In this document: positions 16,535-26,188 of the stretch, piece by piece | How positions within the stretch are numbered: the stretch's first letter is position 1 | How the letters are laid out: each line of letters begins with the position of its first letter | IMG/VR virus record: IMGVR_UViG_3300032770_000026 | Span: 1 to 54,188 of that record | Source of the DNA: a virus | Taxonomy: Duplodnaviria; Caudoviricetes | Reading direction: 5' to 3' (one strand) | Length of the DNA stretch: 54,188 nt | Made by a program: the position numbers and the translations under genes | Notes under the pieces: model-generated | What the model was told of the DNA's origin: nothing | The model's input: the letters and a program-made list of their open reading frames with translations, nothing else | Databases searched by the model: none

Positions 16535-19456
16535 ATGCCATACCCAAATTTCCATTCAGCAAGGATTCGTGAACCGGAAGAATTCGAGCGTATTGTTGTT
16601 TTAGAAACTTTACCAAATGGAATTATGATTTATGGTGGACCTTTAAAAAGTGATCCAAAGGGACCAACAAAACCGCAGGCCTACAGATTTCCAAAAGATA
16701 AATTCACAGTTGAAGAAGCAAAATCTTGGCTTAAAGAACACAATATAAAATACATTTTATTTGAGCCTGCGAAAGACACAAAAGAGAGCATGGAAACATC
16801 TGAAACAGTTAATTTGCAAGCTTCAAAAGGTGGAAAAAGAATAATCTTTACGAATGAAGTTCCAAACGATCAGGGGTCTATTATTCCTAATGATGTATAC
16901 GATTTTTCTCGATATAAATACAATCCTGTTCTCTTAAAAAAACATGACTGGCATTCTGACTCTATAGGAGATATGACCGACATTCAATTTGATGGTCAAA
17001 ATTGGTCTGGCATTCCAAAGTTTCATAAAATAACTGAAGAAAGCAAAAGAGCCGCTGAAATGTATGAAGGTGGATGGCTTAGGTCTGCTTCTGTTGGCGG
17101 AGAATCTATTTGGAAAACAACAGGTGAGTACGAAACTTATATCGACGAAAACGGGCAACAAAGAAAACGCCCAGTTTATTGGAAAGATGAAAATGGATTA
17201 ATGCGTTCTGAGTATTTTATGGTTTATGAAATATCTCTTCCTACCCTTCCAAGTAATCCAATGGCTGTTACTGAGGATGCGATAAGAGAAGCTGAAAAGC
17301 TTAATTTAAGCGTAATATATACCCCTGAAGAAATAGCAAATGTTCACAACAACATAGTAACATTAAAATCGAAATTAGAAATTCAAAATTCAAGCACAAT
17401 GGCGGAAAAGAAAGAAAAACCGAAACCTGCCGCTGAAGAAACTGCAACCGCTGCTGAAAAGTCGCAAGAAACAGAACAAACAGCAACGCAGAGTACCGAG
17501 AATATTGATAAAAGTAATCATGTGATTCTCGAAAATAAAAAATCCAGTATTCCTGGTTGGTTAAAAGATATTATTGGAATGACTGCAAAGTTTGCTCACC
17601 CGGAAGGGGAATATGGAGATGATCCAATAGTAAAGAAACCAGAAAAAAAAGGAGATGTATCCGACCAGCCCACGCCGACAGGTATGGCTGCAAAGAAAGA
17701 AGCCGAGGCTGAAAAGTCACGCAAAAACGCAGAGGACGCTGTAAAGAAAGTCAAAGAAGCAAAAGAAAAATACGAAGGTGCCGAAGGCGAAGAAAAAGAA
17801 AAATTCAAAAAGGAATACGACGAAGCATGCAAGGAAGCTGAAGAAGCTTGCCGTGAGGCTGAAGAAGCCGAAGAAGCTGCAAAAAAGGCAGCAAAAAAAG
17901 AGGCTGAAGAAGCAGAGGAAGAATCTGGTGCCTCTAAGAAAGAAGCCGAAGGAGAATCTGAGACTTCAAAAAAGGAAGCCTCTAAAAACAGTGTAAAAAT
18001 GAATGCAAAACCAGTAAAAAAGACAAGGGAAGAATTAAGCTCATTAGGGCTTCAACCTATCCCTCAACCTAAAATACATTTTGGCGAAAGTGTGACTTTC
18101 TCAAAATTAAGCGCTAAAGACAACAAAGAAGGCCAGCAAATTCTTAACCGTGTATTCAACGGGACTAAGGAAGGTAAAACGATTGACGATTACCGGATTA
18201 TTCTGAACTCTATTTTGGAAGATCCTAAATATTCAGCCATTGCTGAAAAGACCCGTTTCCATTTGAACCCCAATGAAGGTGCAATGGAAAGCCTAAGATC
18301 AGGATTGAGATTAACTTCAAAACCGAATCCAAACATCGGTGTTAATTTCAAAGAAATTGCAGCCCGTTTAAATACAGGCGTGGTTGAAGGTGTAAACTTT
18401 AAACTTGGCGCTAATCCTGAACGTAGGACTATGTTGACCACTGATGGAAACTTTAGTACTATGGATACTGTGGCTGTTGAATGGTTACCTTTTATCATAT
18501 ACAAACTATTCCCTTCTGAAAGTTGGAAAAATGAAATTCCTATTTTTGGCGTACAGGATACAGCCCGTAACCTTGGTATTATCTGGACAAATATAGCCGC
18601 TGATCCGACTATCGGACGCGGTACGGCTCCGGCAAATACGGTCGATTATACATACGATGATACCGCAGTAGGTTTAAAACTTACTCCTTATTATACTCCT
18701 ACAATCAGATGGACTCCAATTCACATGCATCAATTACGCTATGATCAACAGGCTTCAGGCTGGGCTCAAACACTTGCTAAACTAGAAGCGATCATGGGTG
18801 ATGATATGTTATATACTCTTGCCGCTGGTGTTATTGCAAATTCTCAGCCAATCGTTAAGACACGCGGTCCAGTTGATTCTACGCAAACACAAACATTCAT
18901 AGTAGGTACAGGAAGTAATGGTATTGATAAATTCTATTTTAATTCTTCATTTGCTGGTACTCTTACCAAACCTGGGTTCAATGACATAATGGCTATTGAG
19001 CAAATTTATGACTATTTGAATTTCAATCTGGAAAAAGAACGTCCTGTATTGGTAGTTGATTCAATTATGAAATCCTATATTAAACAGGATAAGCAAACTC
19101 AAAGCATGTTAACTAGATGGATCAATGATAATGGTTCTGAAGTTCAGAAAATAAGTAACACATTATTCCATCCACGTTCGCGTGTGGTTGCTTATGATCC
19201 CGCAGGTGGAACGGCAATTGACACTAACGCTTCTGGCGCTGTTATTCCAGTTACTACTCAAAGTGCTGCTCTTTCTTTTGTAAGCTCACAGGTTGGTATT
19301 GGCCTTGGTTTAATAGACGTGTTCTTTATTCAAGATCCAGCCAATTACGGATTCAAAATGTCTATGGACTTAAGAATCGGCATCAGGGCTTTACGTAGCG
19401 ATTATACAGGCGTTTCGCTATACGTTTACGATAGCATAGCTCAATCAGGACAATAA
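16535..19456 (+). CDS. Prohead protease-scaffold-major capsid polyprotein
   Basis: NPVLLKKH, LRSASVGG, EISLPTLPSNP (HK97-type protease); E/K/A-rich coiled coil; ~340-aa C-terminal region with capsid-like features and no other capsid candidate. Confidence 0.8.
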   Translation: MPYPNFHSARIREPEEFERIVVLETLPNGIMIYGGPLKSDPKGPTKPQAYRFPKDKFTVEEAKSWLKEHNIKYILFEPAKDTKESMETSETVNLQASKGGKRIIFTNEVPNDQGSIIPNDVYDFSRYKYNPVLLKKHDWHSDSIGDMTDIQFDGQNWSGIPKFHKITEESKRAAEMYEGGWLRSASVGGESIWKTTGEYETYIDENGQQRKRPVYWKDENGLMRSEYFMVYEISLPTLPSNPMAVTEDAIREAEKLNLSVIYTPEEIANVHNNIVTLKSKLEIQNSSTMAEKKEKPKPAAEETATAAEKSQETEQTATQSTENIDKSNHVILENKKSSIPGWLKDIIGMTAKFAHPEGEYGDDPIVKKPEKKGDVSDQPTPTGMAAKKEAEAEKSRKNAEDAVKKVKEAKEKYEGAEGEEKEKFKKEYDEACKEAEEACREAEEAEEAAKKAAKKEAEEAEEESGASKKEAEGESETSKKEASKNSVKMNAKPVKKTREELSSLGLQPIPQPKIHFGESVTFSKLSAKDNKEGQQILNRVFNGTKEGKTIDDYRIILNSILEDPKYSAIAEKTRFHLNPNEGAMESLRSGLRLTSKPNPNIGVNFKEIAARLNTGVVEGVNFKLGANPERRTMLTTDGNFSTMDTVAVEWLPFIIYKLFPSESWKNEIPIFGVQDTARNLGIIWTNIAADPTIGRGTAPANTVDYTYDDTAVGLKLTPYYTPTIRWTPIHMHQLRYDQQASGWAQTLAKLEAIMGDDMLYTLAAGVIANSQPIVKTRGPVDSTQTQTFIVGTGSNGIDKFYFNSSFAGTLTKPGFNDIMAIEQIYDYLNFNLEKERPVLVVDSIMKSYIKQDKQTQSMLTRWINDNGSEVQKISNTLFHPRSRVVAYDPAGGTAIDTNASGAVIPVTTQSAALSFVSSQVGIGLGLIDVFFIQDPANYGFKMSMDLRIGIRALRSDYTGVSLYVYDSIAQSGQ

Positions 19457-19463
19457 TATAAAG

Positions 19464-19490
19464 CCCCGACTCCGGTCGGGGTATAACTTT
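19464..19490 (+). terminator. Hairpin after the capsid gene
   Basis: CCCCGAC-TCCG-GTCGGGG with a weak T tail. Confidence 0.5.
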
Positions 19491-19504
19491 AAAAATTAAG
19501 TAAA

Positions 19505-20182
19505 ATGAAAAAGATATTTATATTAGGTTTTTTATTCGTGAGTCTTGGTTTAATGGCTCAATTGCCTGTATCCACAAAAGTAAAAACCCTTTCTCCGGCG
19601 TTGGTGCCTGGCGGGATTACGACTCTTAATTCATCAAAATATGATACTCTAAAAACTGGCGATACTTTATTTTATAAGGTATTGATTAATCATGATGAAA
19701 TTGGGTATCCTTATTTGTCTCTACTTTTAAAAAGAGTAGCTGGTGCTGATACCGCAACGGTAACCGCAACTTTTTGGCAATCTGTTGATGGGTCTACCAA
19801 TTGGCAGCAAGTTAAATACTTATCCAAAGTAACCACTTTTTTGTTTGATACGACGAAATTTGCAGGAAGTACAACTGGCACAAGTACATTATTGTTTGAT
19901 ACGACTAAATATTCAGCGGGAGTTTACCGACATGATTTTTATTCGGCAACTTTAACCGGAAAGGGAAGACAACTTTATTCAGCTACAGGAACTTCAGCAA
20001 ATACCGAAACAGCTTGGACGGTTTCTCTTACAAAAGCTATAATGAAAGGTGGAACCACTGTCAGTTTTTGGCGAAACAATGCAGCTTTTGAAAGTCAATA
20101 TTTAGGTATTCGTTTTATTTCAGCTGTAAGCTCAGGTTTTAAAGGAATTTATTACGGATCAGTAAGATATGATAATAAATAA
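19505..20182 (+). CDS. Beta-rich, decoration-like protein with signal peptide
   Basis: MKKIFILGFLFVSLGLMA-Q; directly after the capsid gene. Confidence 0.55.
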   Translation: MKKIFILGFLFVSLGLMAQLPVSTKVKTLSPALVPGGITTLNSSKYDTLKTGDTLFYKVLINHDEIGYPYLSLLLKRVAGADTATVTATFWQSVDGSTNWQQVKYLSKVTTFLFDTTKFAGSTTGTSTLLFDTTKYSAGVYRHDFYSATLTGKGRQLYSATGTSANTETAWTVSLTKAIMKGGTTVSFWRNNAAFESQYLGIRFISAVSSGFKGIYYGSVRYDNK

Positions 20183-20185
20183 ACT

Positions 20186-20641
20186 ATGGCTAAGAAAGAA
20201 AAAACAAATGTAAGTGTTACGAACACTATTTTTAATGTAAGACCGATACACGTTGCACGTATAAAGGCTTATTTGGATGCTGGTTATGATAAAGTAATCA
20301 TTCATGGTGACGGTATGATGTTTTGCGGGAAAACCGGCCAAACATTTGACGGTAAAACAATGGAATTTGGTTCGGATCATCACAAAGAATTTAATTCCGG
20401 TGTAGCAGAAATCAACAAAAATGAGCTTATTGCAAGAGCTAAATTTAGGGCTATTTATGTCAAAGGCGGAGAATTACCTTCAACCCCTGAAGAAGTCATA
20501 CAAGAATTCTATGATAACCAAGCCCGTGAAATGCAAAGCGCTACCAAACCCGAACTTGCAACCAACTTTAAAAATGCCGTAACAGTTCCTGACCCTGTTC
20601 AGCCTAAAGTAATTAAGGCTTCTAAACAGGAAGAAGTTTAA
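20186..20641 (+). CDS. Hypothetical head/neck-region protein
   Basis: ORF between the capsid and sheath genes. Confidence 0.6.
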   Translation: MAKKEKTNVSVTNTIFNVRPIHVARIKAYLDAGYDKVIIHGDGMMFCGKTGQTFDGKTMEFGSDHHKEFNSGVAEINKNELIARAKFRAIYVKGGELPSTPEEVIQEFYDNQAREMQSATKPELATNFKNAVTVPDPVQPKVIKASKQEEV

Positions 20642-20647
20642 CCAAAT

Positions 20648-20670
20648 GGCTGGTCCAACGGCCAGCCTTT
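20648..20670 (+). terminator. Hairpin before the sheath gene
   Basis: GGCTGGTC-CAAC-GGCCAGCC-TTT. Confidence 0.5.
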
Positions 20671-20683
20671 AATATTTAAAATA

Positions 20684-22243
20684 ATGGAACATATTATAAG
20701 TACAACCATTTCAAATACACCTTCGGGAATACCGGGGTCGTTTGATGGTGTTATGATGATGATTGTAAAAGGCGTTGCGACAACTACTGGTACAACGGCA
20801 CTTGTTTTGGATACGGCTTATCTGGGTAATAAACTTGATGATTTTGTAACCGGATTAGGGATAACACCTGATTATGATTACGTAAACAGTCTTTCGGTTT
20901 ATCAACAGGTAAGTGAATTCTATACTGAGGCAGGAGACGGGGCTTACTTGTGGTTAGTTGTAACAGCGACTACTACAAACTTTGCAACTTATTGCGCTAT
21001 AGCAACCGGAACAACTTTTATGAATCTTATCAGGGGCACTAATTTAACCGATCCTGATATGCGGGTTAAAATGTTAGGATTAGGATATAATCCGCCTCAA
21101 ACCCGGCAAAGTGCAGCTGATTTCCCTTCAGATGTTACTTCTACGATTCCTTTATTGCAGCTCACACTAGCGCAATTAGCCGAAGAAGGATACGCATTAT
21201 CTGCAATAATTGACGGTGAAAATATGTCTTCGACTGCCACAGCTTCGACGCTTCAAACAATGGCAAATAAGAAAGCCTCTTCGATTTCAATGTGTATTAC
21301 AGGGTCTAAGCCTAACGGGGTAGCTTCAATTGGTGCCGCTCTTGGGAGGTTTGCAAGAATTTCTTTAGGTCATGGATTCGGAGAAGTTGACGACGGCCCT
21401 ACATCGGTTCAAAAAGCTTATTGGACAAATGGGGTAGCCGTTCCGATTGTAGGTTCTACAATATCTCAGGGCACAGATTTAACAGCTGGACATTCATATA
21501 TGGTTGTTCTAGGACCTGTAACCTATAATTCAACTGTTTATTCAGTTGGTGAAATATTTACTGTAATCGTAGGAACTTTAGGATTTACCGGAACAGGAAC
21601 GACTGTTGTTGATTTAACAACAACCGGAACTGTAGTAGTAGGTCATACTTATATGGTGCTTTTTGGTCCTATAACTTACAATAGTGTTGTTTACGGAACC
21701 GGAACAACTTTCACAGCTGTAACAAATCATACAACATTTACCGGTGGAATAGTATTTGAATTCACCGCTCAAGATGTTTCTAAACTTTTCCCGGCTGACG
21801 TAAATACTCTCGGAACCAAACAGTATATGTTTTTACGGACTTGGTTTCAACAGTCTGGTCTATATTGGAATGACGGTGCAACTTGCGATTTATCTACGAC
21901 TCCACTTTCTACCCAGGAATTCAACAGGGTAGGTAACGCATTAAGTGCTGATTTGTTAGAATTTTTAATTACAAATCTAATGGGTAAAAACGTTCCTGTT
22001 GATACGAAGACCGGGCTTGTTGCGCGTTCTTTCACAGCTGCTAAAGAAGAAGATTTTAGCCGTACATACTTAGAGCCTTTGATTGTTCCCAAGGCACCGA
22101 ATACTGTCGGGGATATATCAGCTGGAAGTCTTTCACTCGTAGGCACTCCAAACGGAGCTAATACAGTTGACTGGACTTATACGCTTACGATTAACGGAAC
22201 CCCGATTACCGGGTCTGCTACTGGAACTGTAACCTTTGTTTAA
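20684..22243 (+). CDS. Tail sheath protein (DUF2586-like) with inserted repeat domains
   Basis: QVSEFY..AGDGAYLW, GAALGR, YMFLRT..GLYWND motifs. Confidence 0.8.
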   Translation: MEHIISTTISNTPSGIPGSFDGVMMMIVKGVATTTGTTALVLDTAYLGNKLDDFVTGLGITPDYDYVNSLSVYQQVSEFYTEAGDGAYLWLVVTATTTNFATYCAIATGTTFMNLIRGTNLTDPDMRVKMLGLGYNPPQTRQSAADFPSDVTSTIPLLQLTLAQLAEEGYALSAIIDGENMSSTATASTLQTMANKKASSISMCITGSKPNGVASIGAALGRFARISLGHGFGEVDDGPTSVQKAYWTNGVAVPIVGSTISQGTDLTAGHSYMVVLGPVTYNSTVYSVGEIFTVIVGTLGFTGTGTTVVDLTTTGTVVVGHTYMVLFGPITYNSVVYGTGTTFTAVTNHTTFTGGIVFEFTAQDVSKLFPADVNTLGTKQYMFLRTWFQQSGLYWNDGATCDLSTTPLSTQEFNRVGNALSADLLEFLITNLMGKNVPVDTKTGLVARSFTAAKEEDFSRTYLEPLIVPKAPNTVGDISAGSLSLVGTPNGANTVDWTYTLTINGTPITGSATGTVTFV

Positions 22244-22254
22244 AATTTAAAGAT

Positions 22255-22680
22255 ATGAGTTTAAATCTAAATACATTAATTTATACTTCTTCAGATTATA
22301 AGATTGCGTTATCTTATAACGGAGTGACAGTTCCTTTAAATATCGTTGAGTCTTTTGATTATGGTGGAAAAAAGGAATCTGAGTATATTCACGCAGTGGG
22401 CACAGATGAACCTGTTGGCCTTAAAACGAACACCTCAACTTATCCTGGTAAACTCTCAATGGAAGCTGGCGAAGTTGAAATATTTCTAAAGGCTGCAGGA
22501 TTAGCTCTTATGACACAAATAACCAATGCCACGATTTCTGTTGTAACATTTGACGGAAATCTGGCAAAGATTTATAAAAGTGTCGTGTTTACTTCTCATG
22601 ATGGGTCTTTCAAGGCTAAAGACAAACGTTCTTTAATTACGCTTAGTTGGGAATCAATTGGACCGGTAGGAATTTTTTAG
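22255..22680 (+). CDS. Tail tube protein
   Basis: 141 aa, follows sheath, beta-rich, HAVG.EPVG motif. Confidence 0.75.
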   Translation: MSLNLNTLIYTSSDYKIALSYNGVTVPLNIVESFDYGGKKESEYIHAVGTDEPVGLKTNTSTYPGKLSMEAGEVEIFLKAAGLALMTQITNATISVVTFDGNLAKIYKSVVFTSHDGSFKAKDKRSLITLSWESIGPVGIF

Positions 22681-22696
22681 ATAAATTATTTTTATT

Positions 22697-23317
22697 ATGA
22701 AGATTTGTGGCATATATAAAATTACATCGCCTATTAAAAAAATATATATAGGAAAATCAATTGATATTTTTCATAGATGGAAATTATACAATAATTTAAG
22801 ATGTAAATCACAAACCCATCTTTATAATTCATTAAAAAAATACGGAGCCAATAAACATAAATTTGAGATTATTTGCCAATGTGACAAATCAGAATTAAAT
22901 AATCTTGAAAAATATTATATAGCATTATTCCAGTGTTTTAATAATAAATATGGATTAAATCTAAAGTCTGGAGGCGAAGGAGGTAGTATTTGTTCAGATG
23001 AAACTAAGAAAAAACAGAGTGATGCTCAAAAAAGGATTGGCAATAAACCTCCAATTATATGGGGAGATGCAAAAGGTAAATTTAAAAAGGGACAAAAAGC
23101 ATGGAATAAAGGCAAAAAAATGAGTCACGAACAGTATGAAGCTTGCAAAAATACTATGTTTAAAAAGGGCTCTCATTTATCAGAAGAAATTAAACAAAAA
23201 ATGTCTGAATCTCAAAAGGGGAGAAAACATACTGAAGCGACAAAAATAAAAATGAGCGAATCAGCAAAAAATAGATGTAAGCAAAATAATGAAATATTTG
23301 ATTTAATTTTAAACTAA
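22697..23317 (+). CDS. Free-standing GIY-YIG homing endonuclease with NUMOD3 repeats
   Basis: GIYKIT...YIGKS..R; HLSEEIKQKMSES and HTEATKIKMSES repeats. Confidence 0.9.
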   Translation: MKICGIYKITSPIKKIYIGKSIDIFHRWKLYNNLRCKSQTHLYNSLKKYGANKHKFEIICQCDKSELNNLEKYYIALFQCFNNKYGLNLKSGGEGGSICSDETKKKQSDAQKRIGNKPPIIWGDAKGKFKKGQKAWNKGKKMSHEQYEACKNTMFKKGSHLSEEIKQKMSESQKGRKHTEATKIKMSESAKNRCKQNNEIFDLILN

Positions 23318-23701
23318 ATGTTAACATTCGAAAAGGAACTTTCTTGGGTTAGTTATGATGTAGACGGGGATAAAGTAGTCGAATCACCACGTACAAAAAT
23401 AGCTACTTTTTATGATCTTAATCGTACTGATAAGCGTCAGCATAAATTGCACTTTAAGATCATATCTATTTTTGAAGGTCTTGAAAAAGGCAAAGACGAA
23501 GCTGATTCGATTGGAATAAGTTCAGATGGATTATATGATATAACTGTGAAGGCTATTAATATTCTTTTGGTAACCAATGAAGTTTTTAATGAAGTTGATA
23601 AAAAAGAACTACTAAATGATTCGATAGCTTTGTTAGAGCTTGGGATGTGGTTATTTAAAGAAAAATTTACCCCCTTTTTTGCGATGTTGAGAATGAGTTA
23701 A
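23318..23701 (+). CDS. Tail assembly chaperone (short form)
   Basis: Between tube and tape measure; ends with slippery CCCTTTTTTG. Confidence 0.7.
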   Translation: MLTFEKELSWVSYDVDGDKVVESPRTKIATFYDLNRTDKRQHKLHFKIISIFEGLEKGKDEADSIGISSDGLYDITVKAINILLVTNEVFNEVDKKELLNDSIALLELGMWLFKEKFTPFFAMLRMS

Positions 23702-23922
23702 ATACCATAAATAAAAAGCCCGATGAGGCTCTAAAAAATTTAATAGCTCGTGACCCGGTTTTTTATCATCAGACCATGTTTCGGGCTTTTTTACACTATA
23801 CAACTGAGGATTTGGAAAACATGGGAATTGACGAATATATGAATTGCTTGGTAATGTTAAAAAATGTACTTGAGACAATCCATGCTCCTTTTATGGATCA
23901 TAATAATTTAACCAATGCCTAG
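23680..23922 (+). CDS. -1 frameshift extension of the tail assembly chaperone
   Basis: The -1 frame is open for 80 codons from TTTTTTG (23675-23681) to TAG at 23920-23922. Confidence 0.7.
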   Translation, partial: CDVENELNTINKKPDEALKNLIARDPVFYHQTMFRAFLHYTTEDLENMGIDEYMNCLVMLKNVLETIHAPFMDHNNLTNA

Positions 23923-25525
23923 TTACGCATTTCAAATAGATACAACAGGCGATAGCGCTGAGAAAATAAAGCAAATCAAGGCAGCTATTGAACAAATGGG
24001 CGGGAAACTTAAGGATATTCCTGAACACGCAAATAAAATAAAAAATGCATTTGGAGGGCTTATTAGCCAATTTAAAGGATTAGCCGGTGCTTTGGGTGTT
24101 GGATTAGGAGCGTTTGCAGGTTTTAGTTTTATAAAGCAATCTAAAGAGGCATTTGATAAATTCGAGGAATCTGTTGTTAAAATAGAGACTGCGATTAAGT
24201 CTACAGGCGGAGCTGCGCAGTTATCTTTATCTCAATTAGGTGACGAAGCTAAGAAATTAAGTGGCGTTTCTCTATTTAGCCGGGCGTCTATTATGGATGC
24301 TCAATCTATGCTACTCACGTTTACTCAGATAAAAGGTACAGTTTTTAACGAGGCAATTCCTGCGATCATGGATTTTGCTACACGTTATAAAACTGATCCG
24401 GTTGAGGCTGCTTTACAAGTTGGCAAAGCTCTTAATGACCCTGAAAAAGGATTGCATCGTCTTTCAAGAATGGGCGTTGTATTTTCAGCACAACAGGAAG
24501 CGCAAATTAAAAAATTCATGGCCGTTAACGATGTAGCCAGCGCTCAAAGGGTAATGTTAAAGGAGCTAAACACTGAATTTGGCGGACTTGCCGAAGCGAT
24601 GACAAAAACTGATGAAGGAAAGTTAAAAATGGCCGCTAAAACAATGCAAGAATTTAAAATACAAGTTGGTGAACTTGTGTCTAAAATTTTAGTGATGCTA
24701 ATCCCTGCGTTTAATACAGTAGTTAAGCTTTTCAAAGAGTTTAAAGATTGGATAACAGGAGATAGCGAATCAGCATATATTTTTAAAGAAATAATAGTGG
24801 TTATCGGCGGGGCTCTTTTAGGTTATCTTGTAGTTGTCAATGCGATTGCTTTAGCTACTAAGATTTGGACAGCCTTTCAATGGCTTTTAAATATAGCTAT
24901 GTCAGCTAATCCTATTGGGATTGTTATTATTGCCGTTGTTGCTCTTATTGCTGCTATCGCTGCTTTGTGGGATAAATGCGAAGGATTTAGAAAGATAGTA
25001 GGAGGCGTATTTGCTGAAATTGCCAAGGTTATAATGGGAATTGTACATTATTTTGTCAATCTGGCAAAGATAATGTATGATGTGTTTACATTTAATTTTA
25101 AAGATGCATGGGCTCAAGGTAAAAAATTCATCTCAGATTTTAAAAATGACTTTCTTCAGGGTTGGGGTGAAGCATGGGATAAAGGATCAAAAAAAGCCCA
25201 AGAATCTAAATTTAAATTTGGTGGATTAATCGGATTAGGAGGTAAAAAAGATCAGGAAAAATCAGCCGAAGAAAGAATGAAAATGGGAATGGGCGGAGGT
25301 CCAGGAGGGTTAGCCCAGGGAGCCATAAACACAGCCGCTTTAGGTGGTGCATCTGGTGGTCTCGGAGAGGCTAAAATTATTAAGATAGACTTTCATGCTC
25401 CACTTATGAAGATAGACGTCCCCGGAGGCAATGGGATGGATATTGTTTCAAAAGCTCCTTTAGCAATGGAATCACTTATTAGGATAGCTAATAATCTTAG
25501 TCAATCACAAGGATCAACTATGTAA
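23915..25525 (+). CDS. Tape measure protein
   Basis: AALQVGKALNDP..GL..LSRMGV, ANPIG motif, hydrophobic and aromatic periodic repeats. Confidence 0.9.
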   Translation: MPSYAFQIDTTGDSAEKIKQIKAAIEQMGGKLKDIPEHANKIKNAFGGLISQFKGLAGALGVGLGAFAGFSFIKQSKEAFDKFEESVVKIETAIKSTGGAAQLSLSQLGDEAKKLSGVSLFSRASIMDAQSMLLTFTQIKGTVFNEAIPAIMDFATRYKTDPVEAALQVGKALNDPEKGLHRLSRMGVVFSAQQEAQIKKFMAVNDVASAQRVMLKELNTEFGGLAEAMTKTDEGKLKMAAKTMQEFKIQVGELVSKILVMLIPAFNTVVKLFKEFKDWITGDSESAYIFKEIIVVIGGALLGYLVVVNAIALATKIWTAFQWLLNIAMSANPIGIVIIAVVALIAAIAALWDKCEGFRKIVGGVFAEIAKVIMGIVHYFVNLAKIMYDVFTFNFKDAWAQGKKFISDFKNDFLQGWGEAWDKGSKKAQESKFKFGGLIGLGGKKDQEKSAEERMKMGMGGGPGGLAQGAINTAALGGASGGLGEAKIIKIDFHAPLMKIDVPGGNGMDIVSKAPLAMESLIRIANNLSQSQGSTM

Positions 25526-25526
25526 T

Positions 25527-25967
25527 ATGAGACTACAAGATCCTACAAATATTCCCTGGCAAGTTTTTATAAATGGAGTTGAACTTCCTTCAGATGTGCT
25601 TGTGAGCTTAAACGGAGAAAAGATAATTGCTGAAAGTAAGATTCTGGATGGGGTATCAGTATTTGAACGTATTTGTAGAAAGCCATTTGAACTTAATTTT
25701 GACTTTAATCTCAGAGCATTAAATATTTTGAATCAATATGTTTTTCCAAATGAAGACGCTTATAATATTATTACTGATGTTTGGACGCCCGATCAGGTAG
25801 TTAATTGTCAGAATACTTTTTTAAATAAAATAGGGATTAACGACATAGTAATAAAAAATATAACATTTGTACCGATACGGGGAAATACAACACTTCCTTG
25901 TACACTCAAATGTCTTGAAAATTATAACAGTAATAACCAAAAAAATACTTTAATAATACCATTATGA
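25527..25967 (+). CDS. Tail tube initiator-like baseplate protein
   Basis: Follows tape measure; G.SVFERI motif. Confidence 0.55.
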   Translation: MRLQDPTNIPWQVFINGVELPSDVLVSLNGEKIIAESKILDGVSVFERICRKPFELNFDFNLRALNILNQYVFPNEDAYNIITDVWTPDQVVNCQNTFLNKIGINDIVIKNITFVPIRGNTTLPCTLKCLENYNSNNQKNTLIIPL

Positions 25968-26188
25968 ATGCAAAATTAAAGGCAACAGAAATTGTTTGCG
26001 ATTTTTTAGAATCATTTAAAAGTTTAACTTTTTTTGATATTAATAAACATGAGATTGAATGTGAAATAGTTGCAAAACATAGAGCATATTATTTTATAAA
26101 ACAAAATATACTACCAACAATAGGTAGTGAGGCTGATCTTAAATTTTGGAAAAATGTTCTTGAAGAAATCAATAAAATAAATTTGTAA
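25964..26188 (+). CDS. Hypothetical protein
   Basis: Coupled ORF ending FWKNVLEEINKI; looks like an inserted non-structural gene. Confidence 0.5.
   Translation: MNAKLKATEIVCDFLESFKSLTFFDINKHEIECEIVAKHRAYYFIKQNILPTIGSEADLKFWKNVLEEINKINL

Noticed and set aside
17400-18000. GAA/GCT-rich low-complexity DNA as a separate repeat element, and ORFs 17596-17832 and 17778-17996
   Set aside because: Explained by the E/K/A-rich scaffold coding sequence; the alternate ORFs are shadows.
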